This document shows positions 61,428 through 64,000 of a stretch of 64,000 nt of DNA, one piece after another. Origin of the DNA: an uncultured Gemmataceae bacterium (GTDB lineage Bacteria > Planctomycetota > Planctomycetia > Gemmatales > Gemmataceae); the NCBI GenBank assembly GCA_963750165.1, contig CAVVPN010000003.1, positions 2,432,001 to 2,496,000 of the forward strand, read 5' to 3'. Numbering within the stretch: position 1 is the first letter of the stretch; every line of letters begins with the position of its first letter. Position numbers and translations under genes: made by a program. Below the pieces are notes generated by a model. That model did no database searches. It was given only the letters and a program-made list of their open reading frames with translations, and was not told the origin of the DNA.

Positions 61428-62761
61428 GTCAGGATGTTCCACAGGTTGGGGTTGTTCAGACGGTCCTGGTGGCTGCTGGTTTTTGGAGCCGGGTCGGCGT
61501 GCCGGTCCTGCCGGCGCAACCGGGCCAGGAAGCGGGCGTCGATACGCGAGATGAGGTAGCGCAGGGCCGCCAGGGCATGGTTGTCGGCGTCGAGCGGCTT
61601 CTCGGCCTGGTCGGCGGCGCCCTCGTCGGGGTAGCGATAGCGCTGCGCCTCGGCGATCAGCCGCGGACAGCCCGCCCGGCTCACGCGCAGCCGGCCCGTC
61701 CGCAGCCGGGCGGTCACCGCGGCGATGCCCAGGCGGATGTCGTTCTGGCCGGCGATGACCTTGTGGCCGGCGGCGCGCAACTCCTCGATCTCCGTGCGGC
61801 CGGCGGGGTCGGCGTACCACTCGTGGCCGGGCGGCAGCGCCCGGGCGTGCTCGTGCAGCGGCGTCTGCGTGGCGTAGCGCTCACCGAACAGGTGCAGCAC
61901 GTCGTCGCTGTCGAGCACGCCCCAGACTGCCGCGAACGGGTTGCGGAAGCCGAAGTCGATGCCGCCCACTCTGCGGCCGGTCGCGCCCTCCGGTTCGTCG
62001 GTGATGCAGCCCGGGAAGTCGGGGTAGACCAGGCCGACCAGCGCCGCGAAACAGCCCTCGTATTCCTGGGCGATCCAGTGGTCGCCGAACTTGCGGCGCT
62101 CCTCGGCGATGAAGTCGGCGGACAGCCGCGGACATTGCCACCAGGGAATGTGGATGCGCTGCCAGCGGTCGTCATCCTGCTGCCACTCGCGCCAGAAGAA
62201 GCCGCGCGGCCCGAACGGCGTGGACAGGCAGACGGTACGGCCGCGGCGCACGCCGGTCATCGGCGACACCGAGGCGTACAGGTCATCCGGGATGCGCGCT
62301 GCCTCGTCCAGGATCAGCAAATTGACGCCCTGGAAACTGCGGATGGTTTCCTCCTTGCCCGGCAGCGACACGACGCGCGAGCCGTTGGCCAGCTCCAGCT
62401 GCGTGGTCGTTTCCTTGAGGGTGCCCAGCGGCCGGCCCAGGGCGCGGTAGCCCTGCTTGACGTAGCGAAACAGTTCCATCGACTGGCGGAGGCTGCGCGA
62501 CACCAGCAGGACCAGGCTGTCGGGCTCGAACAGGGCGGTGTGCAGGGCCAGGACGCTGACGACGCGCGACTTGCCGGCGCCGCGGCAGCAGTTGAGCAGG
62601 ATTTGCCGGGCGGTCGAGAACAGCAGGTCGCGCTGCCACGGATCGGCCGTCAGGCGCTGGGCGGCCAGCAACCGTGTGGGGTCCAGGGCCAGGGCGAGCA
62701 GCTGCGGCGCGGTGTGCGCGGCGGTGCGCGGGCCGGCGGTGTGGGAGCGCGGGACGGGCAT
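61424..62761 (-). CDS. Terminase large subunit
   Basis: DPWQ, CRGAGKS, LILDEAA, LSTP, QEYEG, GIDFG, DNHALAALRY. Confidence 0.92.
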   Translation of the reverse strand: MPVPRSHTAGPRTAAHTAPQLLALALDPTRLLAAQRLTADPWQRDLLFSTARQILLNCCRGAGKSRVVSVLALHTALFEPDSLVLLVSRSLRQSMELFRYVKQGYRALGRPLGTLKETTTQLELANGSRVVSLPGKEETIRSFQGVNLLILDEAARIPDDLYASVSPMTGVRRGRTVCLSTPFGPRGFFWREWQQDDDRWQRIHIPWWQCPRLSADFIAEERRKFGDHWIAQEYEGCFAALVGLVYPDFPGCITDEPEGATGRRVGGIDFGFRNPFAAVWGVLDSDDVLHLFGERYATQTPLHEHARALPPGHEWYADPAGRTEIEELRAAGHKVIAGQNDIRLGIAAVTARLRTGRLRVSRAGCPRLIAEAQRYRYPDEGAADQAEKPLDADNHALAALRYLISRIDARFLARLRRQDRHADPAPKTSSHQDRLNNPNLWNILT

Positions 62762-62874
62762 GACAGAGACCGGGAGAATGTGAGGAGGCGGGGCTCAGAA
62801 AAGCCCCGCCTGCGGGCGACGGGATGACGTGGGGTGACGACGGGGTTGCGGTTGGGGCCGCACGAACGCGGGCG

Positions 62875-63087
62875 CTAACCCGGTTGGGTTTCCTGGACGA
62901 GGCGCTCCAAATGCGCCTCAATGTCCTCCGAGCGCCAGCGCACACAGGCGCGACTGAGCCGAACCGGCGGCGGTAGCTTGCCCAGCGCTAGCCAGCGCCA
63001 GACCGTCCGCCGGCCCACCGCCAGACGCCTGGCCACCTGCTCGACCCGTAACAGGACGGGCAGGGGTTCCGGTTTTCCGTGCAACAT
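62875..63087 (-). CDS. AlpA-family HTH regulator
   Basis: LLRVEQVARRLAVGRRTVWRW..LPPPVRL..VRW; AAGGGGGAG RBS. Confidence 0.88.
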   Translation of the reverse strand: MLHGKPEPLPVLLRVEQVARRLAVGRRTVWRWLALGKLPPPVRLSRACVRWRSEDIEAHLERLVQETQPG

Positions 63088-63122
63088 GGGCTCCCCCTTT
63101 GCAGCGTTCCACCTACATCTTC

Positions 63123-63152
63123 ATAGTAATGGACTTGTGTACACTATGTCAA
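63123..63152 (-). promoter_or_regulatory. Near-consensus sigma70 promoter with a palindrome in the spacer, driving AlpA and the head cluster
   Basis: Minus strand TTGACA-N18-TACTAT; GTGTACAC at 63137-63144. Confidence 0.65.
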
Positions 63153-63359
63153 CAGAAAAAAAAGAGGGTGGCGCTCCGTGACACCGAACGGCGCTGCGGG
63201 GCGTGCGAAGACAGCGGAAAAAATGTGGGAAATCGCGGCCGGTGGTGCCAGGGTATTCAGGTGCTTGTGTGCGGGGTGGGGCTTTGGTAGGCTGGCCCAA
63301 TGCTTGGGCGATGCTTGCGCAGCATAAACAGATGTTCGGCGGCATAGTGGAGGCGAAGT

Positions 63360-63698
63360 ATGGCGATTCCCGAAGGCTGGACGGACGACATGAACATCCC
63401 GTTGTCGCCTGGCAGGACCGTGGAAGAAGTCGTTGAGTTCGTCATCCAGGCGGCTCTGCGCGGCACGCCGGACGAAACTACCGAGCGACTCCTTGCCGCC
63501 GAGTTTCTACTTTCGCCGGAGGACGCGGCTCTGGCGCGTGATCGAACATTCGGCGGCATCGTCCGAGCTGCGACGCGCAATCACGAGAATTGCCCACGAA
63601 GGGAGAAGGATCCTGTGGCCTGGGAGTCCTTCCAACGGGCAACGCGGGATTCGTCACTCGTTGCACGCATCTATCCGCAATACGCGCCCAAGGAGTAG
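63360..63698 (+). CDS. Hypothetical protein in an integron-cassette-like context
   Basis: GGAGG RBS; bounded by gttcggcgg (63334) and ccgccgaac (63701). Confidence 0.7.
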   Translation: MAIPEGWTDDMNIPLSPGRTVEEVVEFVIQAALRGTPDETTERLLAAEFLLSPEDAALARDRTFGGIVRAATRNHENCPRREKDPVAWESFQRATRDSSLVARIYPQYAPKE

Positions 63699-63732
63699 AA
63701 CCGCCGAACGAGGCGCTGCACCTGACCACCAA

Positions 63733-63878
63733 GTTGTGGCCCGGTCTCCCGACCGGGCCACGGCTGCGACCGAAGGTCTCCTCTTCGGGGCGCTGAAACA
63801 CAAAGGAGACCTTCGGTCCAGGCCCGTGGCTTGGTCCGGAGACCAAGCCACAACAGAGGGAGACCAAGCCACAACAGA
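63733..63878. repeat. ~145-bp palindromic dispersed repeat, copy 2
   Basis: Same core and tandem gagaccaagccacaac as 59953-60097. Confidence 0.88.
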
Positions 63879-64000
63879 GTTGAGGTTGGTCAGAACCGCT
63901 TGCAATTCCTGGCGCCGGTTCTTTTCATACCACTTGAAACTCCTGTTAAATTCGTCCGTCGGCGCCAGCTTTTGCCGTCCCTGGCATTGTACTCCCTACA

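Larger units (their letters stand above)
49322..63087 (-). mobile_element. Phage-derived head/packaging cluster without tail, integrase or replication genes (GTA-like or capsid-only element)
   Basis: 15 co-oriented genes: AlpA, TerL, portal, protease, MCP, decoration, connector, fibre, small ORF, peptidase, closure-like, ParB, ABC-GNAT, TerS-like, Zn-ribbon. Confidence 0.85.

Noticed and set aside
49322..63087. Complete inducible prophage or classical PICI
   Set aside because: No integrase, primase/replicase, repressor, tail or att repeats visible in the window
59953..63878. attL/attR pair or composite transposon formed by the two 145-bp repeats
   Set aside because: One copy lies inside the head operon and both look like a dispersed palindromic family

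Overview
High-GC bacterial DNA, very likely a Gemmataceae-type planctomycete (LEDR-type secretion leaders, DUF1549/DUF1553 protein, PEP-CTERM protein, dense palindromic repeats). From left to right: the end of the F-type ATP synthase operon (atpA-[inserted lipoprotein]-atpG-atpD-atpC); a PIN/HTH toxin-antitoxin pair; DoxX plus oxidoreductase; dusB; a PEP-CTERM protein; lspA; an accessory block (about 15.4-30.7 kb) with two giant paralogous secreted Ig/cohesin/dockerin-like proteins (one dead and carrying an ISL3-type MITE, one an S53 protease) flanking a tRNA-Sec gene; a PSD1 protein; a pentaheme cytochrome; a small accessory patch; mgtE; an APC transporter; and tgt-yajC-secDF. The most notable element is a ~13.8 kb single-strand cluster (49.3-63.1 kb) with a complete HK97-type head and packaging module (AlpA, TerL, portal, protease, capsid, decoration, connector), a fibre fused to a duplicated ~120-aa probable head-closure domain, a cysteine peptidase and a ParB/ABC-GNAT/TerS module. 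It has no recognisable tail, integrase, replication or holin genes, and host palindromic repeats sit in its spacers, so it is a candidate domesticated, tailless GTA-like or capsid-only system. Several single-base frameshifts in conserved genes look like long-read assembly errors. All family calls come from motif recognition only; no searches were run.
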